DNA of 64,000 nucleotides from Octopus sinensis (GCF_006345805.1 NC_043001.1:12648001-12712000), one strand, 5' to 3'; positions 1-12,795 are shown, counted from the stretch's first letter. The notes: generated from the sequence alone by a model not told the origin. Translations and numbers: made by a program.

Positions 1-1663
1 TGTCAGCTTAGTGATCCACTAAGTCTCTGGATGAAATACAGGGATGACATGTCGCACGACTTCTTACGTACGGCTCAGCAACACTGCCCTTCCGCCGAGA
101 TCACGTTCACCAACTTCATTTACAATTTTGCGCTCATGCAACTCGAAGACGCTGTCATCGATATGGGTGGGTCTGCTTTAACAGAGTACGGCCTTCCACC
201 ACCCACACGTGAACACGCCAATGTTATGTCTGCTGAATTGTTACGCGAAACTTCCTACTGCATTGAGGAACTGCACCAGTACGTCCAAGATAATGAACCA
301 CGGCTGCTTCCAGACCAGCGCATAGCTACAACACCATCGTAGACTCTGTCAGACAGCAACGTGGGGGGATTTTTTCTTCTTGATGCACCCGGCGGCACTG
401 GCAAAACCTTCGTCACTAAACTAATTCTGGCAGAGGTCAGACGCAACACGGACATTGCCCTGGCTGTAGCTTCCTCTGGTATCGCGGCCACGTTGCTTCC
501 GGGTGGCAGAACCGCCCACTCTGCCTTCAGACTCCCGCTCGATCTGGCAAAGTCCGAGTCACCTATCTGCAACATCGCCAAGAACTCAGAACAGGCCGAC
601 ATTCTGCGCAGATGCAAACTCATCGTATGGGACGAGTGCACTATGGCACACAAAGGCGCCTTTGAGGCACTGGACAGGTCCCTGCAAGACTCTACGGCCC
701 CCATGGGAGGATTAACTTTACTTCTTTCAGGAGGCTTCAGGCAGACTCTACCTGTTATTCCAAAAGGAACCCGTGCCGATGCCGTGCGCGCGTGCCTTAA
801 GTCGTCAGCTCTTGGGCACATGTGCGGCCCTTGCACCTCCAAACTAACATGCGCGCGCAGTTAATTGGTGACAGCGGATCCGCTGCATTCTCCCAGGACC
901 TCTTATTGCTCGGTGAAAATAGGATGCTGTCTGATGCGGATGGCTACGTTCAATTGGACTCACTTTGCACCATTGTCGACACCCCTGCTAGCCTCCGGGA
1001 CGCTGTCTTCCACGACCTACAAAACAATTTACGCGACCTAAAATGGCTGGCAGGCAGAGCTATTCTCGCACCCAAAACTACAACCGTCAACTCCATCAAT
1101 ATCCAGCTACTTGAAGCTATTCCTGGTGTGATGTCCACGTCTACAAATCTATAGATAGGACAGCAGACCCCGCCCAGCTTGCCGATTATCCTGTTGAATT
1201 CCTGAATTCACTTGAACCGCCAGGCCTGCCACCACACATCCTGAAGTTAAAAGTCGGTGCGCCCATTATGCTCATCAGGAATTTGGTTCCACCTAAACAG
1301 TGCAACGGCACACGTTTGGTTGTGAAACATTTGGCACCACATTTAATAACGGCCACAATACTTACCGGTTGTGGGAAGGGAGAGGACGTCTTCATTCCAC
1401 GGATGCACCTTCAACCGTCGGGCGCTGACCTACCAATCCACTTCAGGCGTTCTCAGTTTCCTGTTAAACTCTGCTTCGCAATGTCCATCAATAAATCCCA
1501 AGGCCAAACGCTACAAGTCGCTGGGTTACATTTGGGCGAACAGTGCTTCGCCCACGGTCAACTCTACGTGGGCTGTTCACGCGTTGGGAGGCGCAATGAT
1601 GTTTTCATGTTTTCGCCCAAACGGACAGCTAGGAACATCGTATATACAGAAGTATTCCAGTGA
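1..1663 (+). pseudogene. Helitron Rep/Hel protein, C-terminal PIF1-family helicase domain, frameshifted
   Basis: ORF pieces 31-342, 361-864, 822-1154 and 1268-1663 carry consecutive PIF1 motifs: LDAPGGTGKTF (Walker A), IVWDECTM (Walker B), LLSGGFRQTLPV (motif III, normally GDFRQ), QTNMR, RAILAP, MLIRNL..CNGTRL and [31 protein letters not shown]. Frameshifts lie near 325, 365, 830 and 1140. Confidence 0.93.
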
Positions 1664-1785
1664 AGACAAGACATTGCAACGTCCACATGCACCTTCGTTC
1701 CCTGGAGGGAAAGGACTACATTGGGATTAGTCGTTGCCTACTAGGGGCTCTTACATACCCGGGCAACGCCGGGCTATGCTGCTAG
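1..1785 (+). mobile_element. 3' part of a Helitron with a canonical 3' terminus
   Basis: Hairpin CCCGG-GCAACG-CCGGG at 1758-1773, then CTAG at 1782-1785 followed by T, downstream of the helicase. Confidence 0.9.
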
Positions 1786-2599
1786 TATATATATATACAG
1801 GGTTGGTCATGAGTCGCCGAAAGTAAATTAAAATGCCATAAATACTATCTGCAATTCTGTTTTGACACGAATGGAAAAATGTGTCGAAGAAGAAGGATTT
1901 TAGTTCGAACAATTTTCCTAATGTTTCATATTTAGATGTAAGACAGCTCCTGTGAAGAATGATCGGAAGGTTTGTATATGCAATTAAAGCGGCTAGCTTA
2001 GTTACTGCCAGTTATGCTAATTCTGCCCAGGAATTACGTCTAAGTTAGTTGTGTCTCCAATTCTGACAAAGACACCAACAAAATTTATGTTGTGATTCAT
2101 TCGTTATAATCAGAAACATTTTGGGAAAGTTTCATTCAATACTGTTTAATATAACTTATTAACATGAGTACGGGATTCTTTACATACGTTCTTATACACA
2201 TCCTTAATATTCTTATACCTAGACCTAGAGACGTGGACATATACGTGTGTGTATGTAGTGATGGGCGCGCGTATATACATGTGAGCGTGTACGCGCGTAA
2301 TGTCCGTGTATATATGCGGATATTCTGTTGTATGTATGTGTGTGTGCGCGCGTGCGTGTGGGTGCGTGTGTGTTTATGTACGTGTTTACACGCGAGTGCG
2401 TGTGTTTGCTTATAGGCTTGGAGGCGTATATGTACGCGTGTATGTGGGTGTATGTACTCATGATGATATGTATGTACTAGAAGTCCATTTAATTCAAGGA
2501 ACCAGATTAAATGCTCATCAGCTCTGATTTACAACGCATTAAGTCCCCAGACGAAACTGTTGATTACTGACAATTCTACAACTAAATTTTATCAATCTC

Positions 2600-3248
2600 C
2601 TGACCACCATGCTTGGTCGTAACCTCTATACATCCCTTATCTTTACATTCTTTTACACTTTTATCATGTTTTTATCAGGTTTTTTACTTTTATTTCTATT
2701 TCTATTTTTACTTTATAACCTTATGCTTTACATTTATTTATATTTCTTTATATTTCTTTATACCCCCTTTACATCTCCTTACAACTCTTATATCTTTATC
2801 CTCTACATTTTTATATTATTCTATACTTACACTTTTATATATTTTTTATTCCTCGTCCCGAACTCTCGCCCCTCCATCTTCACCTCTATATATGTATTTA
2901 TTTATTTACATTACCTCAACATCCATTTTCCTCATTCTACATTGAGAGAAGAAAGAGATGGACGCTTCAATTCTATGCTGCTGCCGCATTATGTCGTACG
3001 GGAATGAGAGGATTTGCATCCCCAACCAAGAATTTTTGATGTAACACATGTCCTTGTGGAAGCTGTGTGCGCGGCTGAAGAAGGCCACAGACATACATTA
3101 TGCATTGTTATAAATCTGTCTAATAAAGGCCCGAACATATGTACCGCTGAATCCTTCGCATCATGTTTTTATTTTATTTTGATCAATTTACTCCACACAC
3201 ACACCAAACGGTATACAAGGTGCTATAATTATCAAGTACTCACCCCGA

Positions 3249-3262
<14 letters not shown>
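2600..3262 (+). mobile_element. (TA)n-adjacent non-coding insert, Penelope pLTR-like, with a damaged hammerhead motif
   Basis: A pyrimidine-rich body is followed by a hammerhead-like motif at 3071-3147. The tail gtatacaaggtgct..ttatcaagtactcacc is related to ~26165-26197. Confidence 0.45.
3071..3147 (+). ncRNA. Degenerate type I hammerhead ribozyme motif (one core A missing)
   Basis: gcgg-CTGAAGA-aggcc...ggccc-GAA-catatgta-ccgc: stem I gcgg/ccgc, stem II ggcc/ggcc, palindromic stem III acatatgt. Confidence 0.55.
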
Positions 3263-3291
<29 letters not shown>

Positions 3292-3451
3292 TATATATAT
3301 ATATATTTATATATAGAGGGCATTATACATACATGCCAGAGGGCATTATACATACATGCCACACGCTAAGAGGGACAATTAGTCATTTCTACCAAAAATA
3401 TTAGTAATCCCACCGAATGCAATTTTTCAAAGTAAGACATTTAAAAAATAT

Positions 3452-3499
3452 AGACCTGTATCACAGTGATTTCATACTTACGTATTCATCAGCAGGCCT
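3452..3499 (-). ncRNA. Type I hammerhead ribozyme motif with intact core
   Basis: The reverse complement reads aggcctg-CTGATGA-atac gtaa gtat-GAAA-tcac t gtgat-A-caggtct. Confidence 0.85.
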
Positions 3500-4103
3500 G
3501 AATGTATCATAAATAAACGACCCTGTCCTGCTTAAGCCGATCAGCTAACTGATCAACATCAACGAAGCACATGGGTGAGTTTACATATATTACATCCTGT
3601 AAATGGCATACTTTTACGAATTGCAATTTCGGAAAGGAAAAGTTTTTCGGAATAAAAATTTAGCAATTAAGGACAACTACTAATAAGGAAAACTTAACAA
3701 GAATTGTCAGGTAGATAGCGTGAAAACCTATTTTTGTAGAAATGACTAATTGTCCCTCTTAGCGTGTGGCATGTATGTATAATGCCTCTGGCATGTATGT
3801 ATAATGCCCTCTATATATAAATTAATATGTTCAATAAGAAATAATTATTTTCGAAATTTTTTCTCTTATGAGGTTTTCACGCTATCTACCTGACAATTTC
3901 TTGTTAAGTTTTCCTTATTAAGTAGTTGTCCTTATATATGCTAAATTTTTATTCCGAAAAAACTTTCCTTTCCCGAAATGCAATTCGTAAAAGTATGCCA
4001 TTTACAGGATGTAATATATGTAAACTCACCCATGTGCTTCGTTGATGTTGATCAGTTAGCTGATCGCTTAAGCGGGACAGGGTCGTTTATTTATGATACA
4101 TTC

Positions 4104-4151
4104 AGGCCTGCTGATGAATACGTAAGTATGAAATCACTGTGATACAGGTCT
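4104..4151 (+). ncRNA. Type I hammerhead ribozyme motif with intact core; predicted cleavage after A4144
   Basis: aggcctg (4104-10), CTGATGA (4111-17), stem II atac/gtat with a GTAA loop, GAAA (4130-33), near-palindromic stem III atcac-t-gtgat, ATA triplet, then caggtct pairing with stem I (7 bp including one G-U). Confidence 0.87.
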
Positions 4152-4426
4152 ATATTTTTTAAATGTCTTACTTTGAAAAATTGCATTCGGTGGGATTACT
4201 AATATTTTTGGTTTAGAAATGAAATTGTCCCTCTTAGCGTGTGGCATGTATGTATAATGCCCTCTGGCATGTATGTATAATGCCCTATATATAAATTAAT
4301 ATGTTCAATAAGAAATAATTATTTTCGAAATTTTTTCTCTATGAGGTTTTCACGCTATCTACCTGACAATTTCTTGTTAAGTTCCTTATTAAGTAGTTGT
4401 CCTTATTAAGTAGTTGTCCTTAATTG

Positions 4427-4473
<47 letters not shown>

Positions 4474-4512
4474 TGTCTGTGTGTCTGTCTGTCTGTGTGT
4501 ATGAATGTATGT

Positions 4513-4678
4513 AGGCGCAGAAGTGATTGTGTGGTAAGAAGCTTGCTTAGCAGCCACATGGTTCGGGTTCTGTCCCACTGCGTGGTATCTTGAGCAAGTC
4601 TTTTCTAGTATAGCCTCGGGCCAACCAAAGCCTTGTGAGCGGATTTGGTAGACGGAAATTGAAAAGAAGCCCGTCGTA

Positions 4679-4680
<2 letters not shown>
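4513..4680 (+). mobile_element. tRNA-derived SINE family A, 5' half
   Basis: A/B-box-like head tgtgtggtaag..ggttcgggttc and core ggatttggtagacggaaa.tgaaagaagcccgtcgtata. Confidence 0.8.
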
Positions 4681-4731
<51 letters not shown>

Positions 4732-5521
4732 ATGTGTGTATGTGTGTATGTGTGTGTGTGCGTGTGTGTGTGTTTGTGTGTATGTATGTATGTAAGCATG
4801 TATGTACGTATCGGTGAGTATGTGCGCCTCTCCGCGGATATGGCCACAGAATGGTTTTATAGTTCAGTCCTTTGAATTCATGATTTCGTTCTTTCGATTC
4901 GGCAGCGCTGCTTCCTCAGTAGGAATCATTTCATGTGGTCTAAGAATGATCAATAACGCTTGGAATTATGTTAAGACCAATTATGCAGAACCATGCTCTG
5001 ATGCAGTATGAGGCAGTGAGTCTCATAGCTTCGGACCTTATTGGTGGAATTGTTATGTGTATTTTTTGTCTTGATGTACAGGGTGGGCTACAGGATATAT
5101 TCTGCCCAGTACCAGTCATTTGGTTAACTTTAACTGCCCATTACTTGTCATTTGGTTAACCTTAATTAGTTGAGCATTTAAATTAGTGGCTCATGATATT
5201 TGCATATTTTATCACGAAAAGAAATAGCGGGGGAGTATCATAGCAAAATGTTCTGGGTAATTCTTTGGGGTTTGAATAACCCATCACTGGAAACATCATT
5301 GTTTTGTTCATTATCATTATACAACCATTATTCTGAGTCATTTTGAGCGGGATGGGCTACTACACATGAGGAGAATTCTAACTGGGCCCCACGTGAAAGG
5401 ACATGCTTCGATTATCTTGATATGAGTTCAACATGTCGCGATATAAGGTTGTGATGCACGTGCGTGGTGTACTCTTATCAGAAAGATGGGTGTAGTGGGC
5501 TCCTTATATCTGTACCCCAGC

Positions 5522-5605
<84 letters not shown>
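5522..5605 (+). repeat. (AAT)n microsatellite
   Basis: Perfect AAT array. Further arrays lie at ~5833-5880 and ~6217-6282. Confidence 0.98.
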
Positions 5606-5606
<1 letters not shown>

Positions 5607-5832
5607 GAACAAATAGGGGCTGCAATAAGGCCGTGGAAGAATAGGGGCTGCAATAAGACGTGGAACAAACAGGGGCTGCAATAAGGGTACAGCACTTGCA
5701 GAAAACAGCACTGCTTGGAACCGCTCGCATACTCCGGAACGTGCTCGAAAACTAAGAGTTATTACCTTAGTTAACTGTAAGTGAACAGCTGACTATGTAG
5801 TACATCTCCAGCGTTAGAAGTTGTGCAAAGGC
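5606..5832 (+). mobile_element. 5'-truncated R4/Dong-like non-LTR retrotransposon 3' end
   Basis: 5693-5755 encodes HLQKTALLGTARILRNVLEN*, resembling the C-terminus of restriction-like-endonuclease LINEs. It has a short 3' UTR and (AAT)n on both sides. Confidence 0.65.
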
Positions 5833-5868
<36 letters not shown>

Positions 5869-5880
5869 CATAATAATAAA

Positions 5881-6215
5881 ACTCAGATACCAGGAAACCC
5901 CAAAATGGCAGAAATTCAAAAGATAGTGCTCATGGGAACTGCTCATATCCTACGCAAAATACTCTCTATGTAATCCCAAGGTTTAAAACAAACTTTTTTT
6001 TAATTTTTTTATTTTTATTTTTTATTTATATATATTTTTTTTAATTCTTTTTTTAAAATTTTATTTTTATGTATTAGACATTCACTAGTACAACACCAAA
6101 AAAACCCATAAAAACCCCAAATATATGGCACAGAACTTCCAACCTGTTGTCTCTTGAGGTTTCTGGGTAAGACTTGGAGCCAACTTGTACAGACATAAAG
6201 CAAAAGTCAAACATA

Positions 6216-6216
<1 letters not shown>
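5881..6216 (+). mobile_element. Second, different R4/Dong-like 3' fragment
   Basis: 5881-5973 encodes TQIPGNPKMAEIQKIVLMGTAHILRKILSM*. The 3' UTR runs into (AAT)n. Confidence 0.7.
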
Positions 6217-6252
<36 letters not shown>

Positions 6253-6289
6253 CATAATAATCATAATAATAATAATAATATTAATTTTT

Positions 6290-7131
6290 ATTATAGGTAC
6301 AAGGCCTGGAATTTGGGGGAGGAGGATCGTCGATTACATCGTCCCCAGCACTTAACTGGTACTTAATTTATCAACCTCGAATAAATGAACGGCACAGTTG
6401 ACCTCAGCGTAGTTTGTCTCCAGAACGTAGCGGCAGACGAAATATCGCTATACATTTCGCCCAGCGTGCTAACAATTCTGCCAGCTGACCGCTTTAAGAA
6501 TAATCCTTTCTACTGAATTATTCTACTGGAATATTTGGGCAGGGCACCCGTACATTACATCGACACCAGTGTTTCACTAGTACTTATTTTATCGACCCTG
6601 AAGGATGAAAAGCAAAAGTCGACCTCGGCGGAATTTGAACTGAGAACAAAGTGGTATTCCGCTCGGCGTGCTAGCGATTATGCCAACTCGTCGCCTTAAT
6701 AATAATCTTTTCTACTCTAGGCACAAGGCCCGATTTTGGGGGAGGGGGACCATTCACTTAGATGGACCCCATTACGCAACAGTTTTTCAATTTATCGACC
6801 CTGAAATGATGAATGGCAAAGTCGACTTCGACAGAATTTGAACTCAGAACGTAATGACTAAATATCGGTAAATATTTCGCCCAACGTCCTAACGATTCTT
6901 ATTCATTTACTGCCAACAAGAGGCTAAACACAGAGAGGACAAACAATGACAGACAAACGGATTAAGCCGATTACATCGACCCCAGTGCGTCACTGGTACT
7001 TAATTTATCAACCCCGAAAGGATGAAAGGAAAGTCGACCTCGGCAGAATTTGAACTCAGAACGTAACGGCAGATGAAATACGTCTACGCATTTCGCCCGG
7101 CGTGCTAACGATTCTGCCAGCTCGCCGCCTT
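6290..7131 (-). mobile_element. Cluster of four same-orientation SINE family B copies (tRNA head plus probable Meta/MESC-like core)
   Basis: Repeated atcgaccccgaaaggatgaaaggcaaagtcgacctcggcggaatttgaactcagaac at ~6370, 6590, 6795 and 7010. Confidence 0.85.
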
Positions 7132-7478
7132 ACTAATGACATCTAGAATAATGACATCTACTGCTGCTGATAATGATGATGTTGATGACGACGTATTGTT
7201 TTATCGTTATGCCCCTGCGCACTCATTTTCCAATTAGCCCGCGCTATACACTTTTTCTACTTCACTTTCTCTTTCATACTGTCTTGGTGATTATTTTTCA
7301 TTTCAGTTTGCCCGTATCTGCATTTGTTAAACTTCTCTCTGTCTCTCCACTACCAACACTTCACTCATAATCATACCATCTTTCTTTTTTTCTTCTACTT
7401 CCCACCCTTCCCCCTCCTATCACTCTTGTTGATCTACGACGATCTTCACCTTACACTATAACTCTACGTCCCTCCATA

Positions 7479-7528
<50 letters not shown>

Positions 7529-10500
7529 AACACACACACGAGCACATATATGCACACACACTCACCCTACAATATCTATCTATTTCCACTTTCCTATATA
7601 TTTTTCTCCGTCTTTCCCGCCGCGCTTTTCTTTCCTACAGCTCCATACTTTCTCTTTCTCTTTTATTTTTAAATTTCGTTCTCACATCTCCTTACTTCTA
7701 AATCTTTCTCTTCATCTTCGTATCCCCCCTCCATACCACATTCACCTAATTTTCCTCGCTTTCTGTCACTTTATACACTTTCCCCATCACTTTTCCTCCA
7801 GCCTTACATCTTCTCTTTCTCTTCCTTCTTTCACTTTCTCGTCGTCTGTCAATTATTTTCACTTTTCTTTCTCTCTTTAATTTCTTCCTTCGTCTCACCT
7901 GAAACTTAGCATTTTCTTTCATTTGTATATGTATCTTCGTTTGTGTATATTTTATTCACCATGAACTCTTTCCTTCATCTCTTTCCTGCATTACTATTTT
8001 ATCACAAACACTAGATACACACTCGCACGTACACATAAATACATACTATAATATTAAAAAAGATCTTTATCTTTAAATGATATATTTTATGTATATATGT
8101 ACGTACGTACGTATGTATGTATGTATGTATGTATGTATGTATGTATGTATGTATAGGTTTTTTTTCGCCACCCACCACATCTCTAAGCTTTTGTACTCTC
8201 ACTGTAGTTATAACTCTTCTATTTTTCTCTCCCTATATTTTTTCTTCGATTTGAAATCATTCCATAGAATATTCAACCTCTCTTTCTCACTCATCCGGTA
8301 TATCTTGCTTCATAATCCTTCTCTCTCTCTCCCTCTCTCTCTCTCCCTCCAGTTCTATATTTTACGTAAACTTATTTGATATATAAACATATATCTCACT
8401 CTCCCCTCTTCTGCTCACCCTCTTACTCTCTCTCTCATTTTCTCTCCAATACACTTTCTAATAATTGTCAACGAAATCGTTACCTCTTTTCTCTCCATTA
8501 GTTGTGCTGCAGTGTATATTTCCTTTCCTCCACGTTACATTCATCCATTTTTCTCCATTTTCCTTTTCGCTCTCCGTTATCTCTTCCTCATAAGTCTCTC
8601 CATTTTACTTATCTCTCTCTCTCTCTCACACACACATCCTTCTCATTTTCACTCTTCCTTCCTCTGCTTCTTTATCAGAAAGCCGGCATCTCTCCCTCCT
8701 TCTCTGTTTTGTGTCTCTGTCTCTCTTTCATTTCAGTTCTAGCCTTCTCTTTCCGCAACTACATGCAACCCTCTCATCGAACTCCATTCTCTCTCAGCTA
8801 CAGTTGGGAGAGAAAATACCGTAATAAACTTCAATACTTTCGTTGTGATCAAAACTAAACAGCTTCTTTGCTGCATTCTTTCGACGTGTGCCCGAGCACG
8901 CACACACGCGCACACAAACAAAAGTATGCACTTCCGATGCACATACACACACCTACCAACCAAACTGCTGGTCATTCGTTCGGCTTACACTCACATTTGT
9001 TTACTCTTTCTTTCACTCATCTGTCTCTCTTTCATGCTTTATCCATCGAACTTCGCTTTCCAAGCGAAGCAATATTGTTTAAGATGTGATTACTTGTAAT
9101 ACAAACAGGATGCATCATTCTGCCCAGCAGTAACTCTACTATATTTTATTAGTTGTACTTGCCGAAATACGAGGCTGCACGTTGCGAAAATTACAACTGC
9201 AAGTTAGACAGTCAGCCACAAGTGATATATTTTATAGTTTCATTATACCGTTTACACAAGGTGAAACTGTCAGCCTCAATTCACACCGTAACGCGGGAAT
9301 TTTTTTTTAAACGAGAGTTACATAGTTCATTAGGTATTATAATTTATTTTTTCATATCTAATTTTACATGACAGTCATCGCAATGAAAGATGAAATAAAG
9401 TATATGGATGCCTATAATTTTGGATTGCATAATTAACTCTGAATAGAAAGACAGATAAATTCACACATACACACACACATAAAAAAAAATAACACATACA
9501 TAAAAACTAACAAGATAGGAACACACATATACGCTTTCTCTCACTCACTTTCTCTCGCCCTCACACTCATACATACATATATACATGCATATACAAGTTT
9601 ATTCATCCAGCATGTATATCACCAAATTATATAATTGGAAATAAATACAAAGAAAACGAAAAAAAACTCAAAGGAAAATGAAATTCTATCATTTTCTTGG
9701 TAAAAGTTGAAAAGAGTTTAAAAATAATCACGATCATGATAAATATTATTATGATCCACCTTGTTAATTAGAAGACAATATATTAATTACTACAAAAGAT
9801 ATATATATATATATATGAAAAACATTGAGGAAACAATCTTAAAAAAGGGAAATAAAAGTTAAGTTACCTATATAAAGTTGTTACATATTATAGTTAAGTC
9901 TATATGCCATAAAGTTATGGTTCCATTAAAACTTTAATTTCAAGCAAAACAGCTAAATATATATTAACAAACAGATAAATTGGATACGTGACAGCACTTA
10001 CTCATGAATTAATATTCAATTACACGTTTAATCAGGCGCTCAACAAATTCGAAACTTTTATAGTGGACATATATTATGTTCTGTTGAATATTTTGGAAGA
10101 AATATTTATTTGCCAACTTCACGACGGAAAGGTAAGTGGACAGCAAGTTTCTTTCATGTATGGGATTCTGTGTGTGTCTATGCGGTGTGCTTGTTTTTAT
10201 ACATATATAGGTATATCAATGGACGATGTGTACCCACCCCGTACAGACACACATATACACACATGCAACACGGAAGCATAAACACTCGCACGCACACACA
10301 TTTATTCATGTGTGTATCTGTATGTGTGTTTGTGTGTATGGCTGTGTGTGCGTGTGTGTGTGTGAGTGTGTGTGTGTGTAAGTCCGATAAAGATTAATTG
10401 TTCATTAAAAATAAGATTAGGCCAGAGTGGGCAATTAACAAGACGTGCGGAATCTGAAACAATGTGCTTTACGAAGTCAATGAGTCCAGCGGCATATTTT

Positions 10501-10790
10501 TGTGAATTTAATTATTATCATAACCAATACTTTTGCGTATATGCATACCTGTCGGAGGGTGTCTGTGCGCGCTGTCGCGGGGGCGAGTGTGTACTTGTGT
10601 GTCTGTGTGTCTGTGAGCAAGTCATGGAAGAAGCAGTGGTGCACGACAACAATAATCAAGCAGTGATCGTTCTAGCGACTCTGTGACATAACACATGCTC
10701 ACACACATATGCGCAACCACACACACAGACGCAACGCAGGCATTGCTTATATCGATATTTGATCATGTACATAAATACAGACACACACAG

Positions 10791-10834
<44 letters not shown>

Positions 10835-10875
10835 GCATATATATATTTCAATATGCATGTACAGATATATGCATG

Positions 10876-10917
<42 letters not shown>

Positions 10918-11289
10918 TATATTTCAATATGCATGTACATATATTTGTATGTATGGTATATATATATATATATAAGCACGCATATTTTCCTTGTTTCTGC
11001 AGCAATGCTACAGCCACTGCGGCCATGCTGAAGCAAAACTTCGAGTAATCTCAGTCCCAGGAATCGACGCCAGTAGTATTATTTTGTTGTCGAAACTGCT
11101 AAATTATGAGGACGTAAGCCAACCAACACAGGTTGCCGAGAAGTGGTGGCGGACAAACTCATCGAAAAGAACACACACGCGCAAAGACACACCTCAGTGT
11201 ATGACGGGCTACTTTCAGGTTCATTCTACCAAATCCGTTTGTAAATAGTTAATCTGCAACTGCCGCCGTACTACAAATGTGGACTGAAC

Positions 11290-11301
11290 CCAGAGCCATG
11301 T

Positions 11302-11337
<36 letters not shown>

Positions 11338-11448
11338 TATATATATATATATATATGTGTGTTGTGTGTGTGTGTGTGTGGTGTGTGTGGTGTGTGTGTG
11401 AATGTACATATATATATATACAGATAGATAGATAGATAGATAGATATG

Positions 11449-11503
<55 letters not shown>

Positions 11504-11693
11504 TAGATGGAGAGATATAGTATATTCATATACCGCACGCATAGACACACACATACACATACATATTTGCATGTATATACATAAATCAATTACAATACCT
11601 TAAAAACATATTGATGCACGTGTGTGTGTGAGTATGTATATATATATATTAATATATAATATATATATATATATATATGTGTGTGTTGTTGTG

Positions 11694-11724
<31 letters not shown>

Positions 11725-11771
11725 TGAATGTACATATATATATATACAGATAGATAGATAGATAGATAGAT

Positions 11772-11837
<66 letters not shown>

Positions 11838-11963
11838 GGAGAGATATAGATATATTCATATACCGCACGCATAGACACACACATACACATACATATTTGC
11901 ATGTATATACATAAATCAATTACAAATACCTTAAAAAAATATTGATGCACGTGTGTGTGTGAG

Positions 11964-11965
<2 letters not shown>
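11290..11965. repeat. ~330-bp tandem duplication of a compound (TA)(TG)(GATA) microsatellite block
   Basis: The unique spacer tatattcatataccgcacgcatagac..ataaatcaattacaa occurs twice (ataaatcaat at 11581 and 11911). Confidence 0.9.
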
Positions 11966-12041
<76 letters not shown>

Positions 12042-12568
12042 CATATGCACACACACTCTTACACACATATATACACACACACATACAGAAATAGAGAGGA
12101 AAAGAAGAGTTGAAGTTATCAATGTTTTTGTACTTGCGTATAAAATATATATGTTGCTACATTGTCTCAATAATTAATCACTTTATATACATCGAAATAA
12201 GTTTTCAAATCGAAATATGATTTGATATTTTTTACATTTGATGTCTAAAGGAACTTATGCAAGCACGAAGTGCAGAGGCTAAGCTACACATGTAAGAGTT
12301 AAAGTTTCGTAAACTTCGCTATGATTCACCGATGTATTGCCTTGGGTTAGATTGAAACGTATACACTTACATACACATACACACAAACATACACTCAAAC
12401 ACACATACACACACAAATACACTCAAACACACACGTACAAGCACACACACGCATATCTATACATATATGATGTAGAAAATGCTTTATTAATACCACAAGA
12501 TTGGCTGGTCCACTAACTATCCTTACAGTCATGCTTCTGAAGTCATACACATACTGACACAGAAACAC

Positions 12569-12599
<31 letters not shown>

Positions 12600-12638
12600 A
12601 CACATACACACACACACACACACACGCACACACATAAT

Positions 12639-12795
12639 GTCTTCTTTCAGTTTCAGTCTACCAACATCCATTCACAAGGTTTGGTCGCCCCCTAGGCTAT
12701 ATAGAAAACACTTGCCCAAGGTGCCCCGCAGTGTATTGAACCCAGAACCATGTGGTTGGTAAGAAAGCTACTTACCACACAGCCACTCCTGCGCC
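12639..12795 (-). mobile_element. SINE family A, 5' half
   Basis: Reverse complement of the family A head and core. Confidence 0.8.

Larger units (their letters stand above)
3307..4427 (+). mobile_element. Fold-back hammerhead element in (TA)n: inverted arm 3307-3729 plus about 1.45 tandem copies of a ~474-nt unit at 3730-4427
   Basis: 3307-3729 is the reverse complement of sequence within 3730-4300. The motif tgtccctctt recurs at 3751 and 4226, and gctatctacc at 3881 and 4354. Both flanks are (TA)n. Confidence 0.85.

Noticed and set aside
1797-2160. TA-CAGGGT start suggesting a Tc1/mariner TIR (a similar start at ~38170)
   Set aside because: No matching second TIR or transposase sequence was found.
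2465-2530. CTGATGA on the minus strand followed by an 8-bp stem
   Set aside because: There is no GAAA after the stem and no convincing stem I or III.
2609-3007. 132-aa hydrophobic ORF resembling a membrane protein
   Set aside because: It comes from low-complexity T-rich sequence inside a repeat-derived insert and has no recognisable motif.
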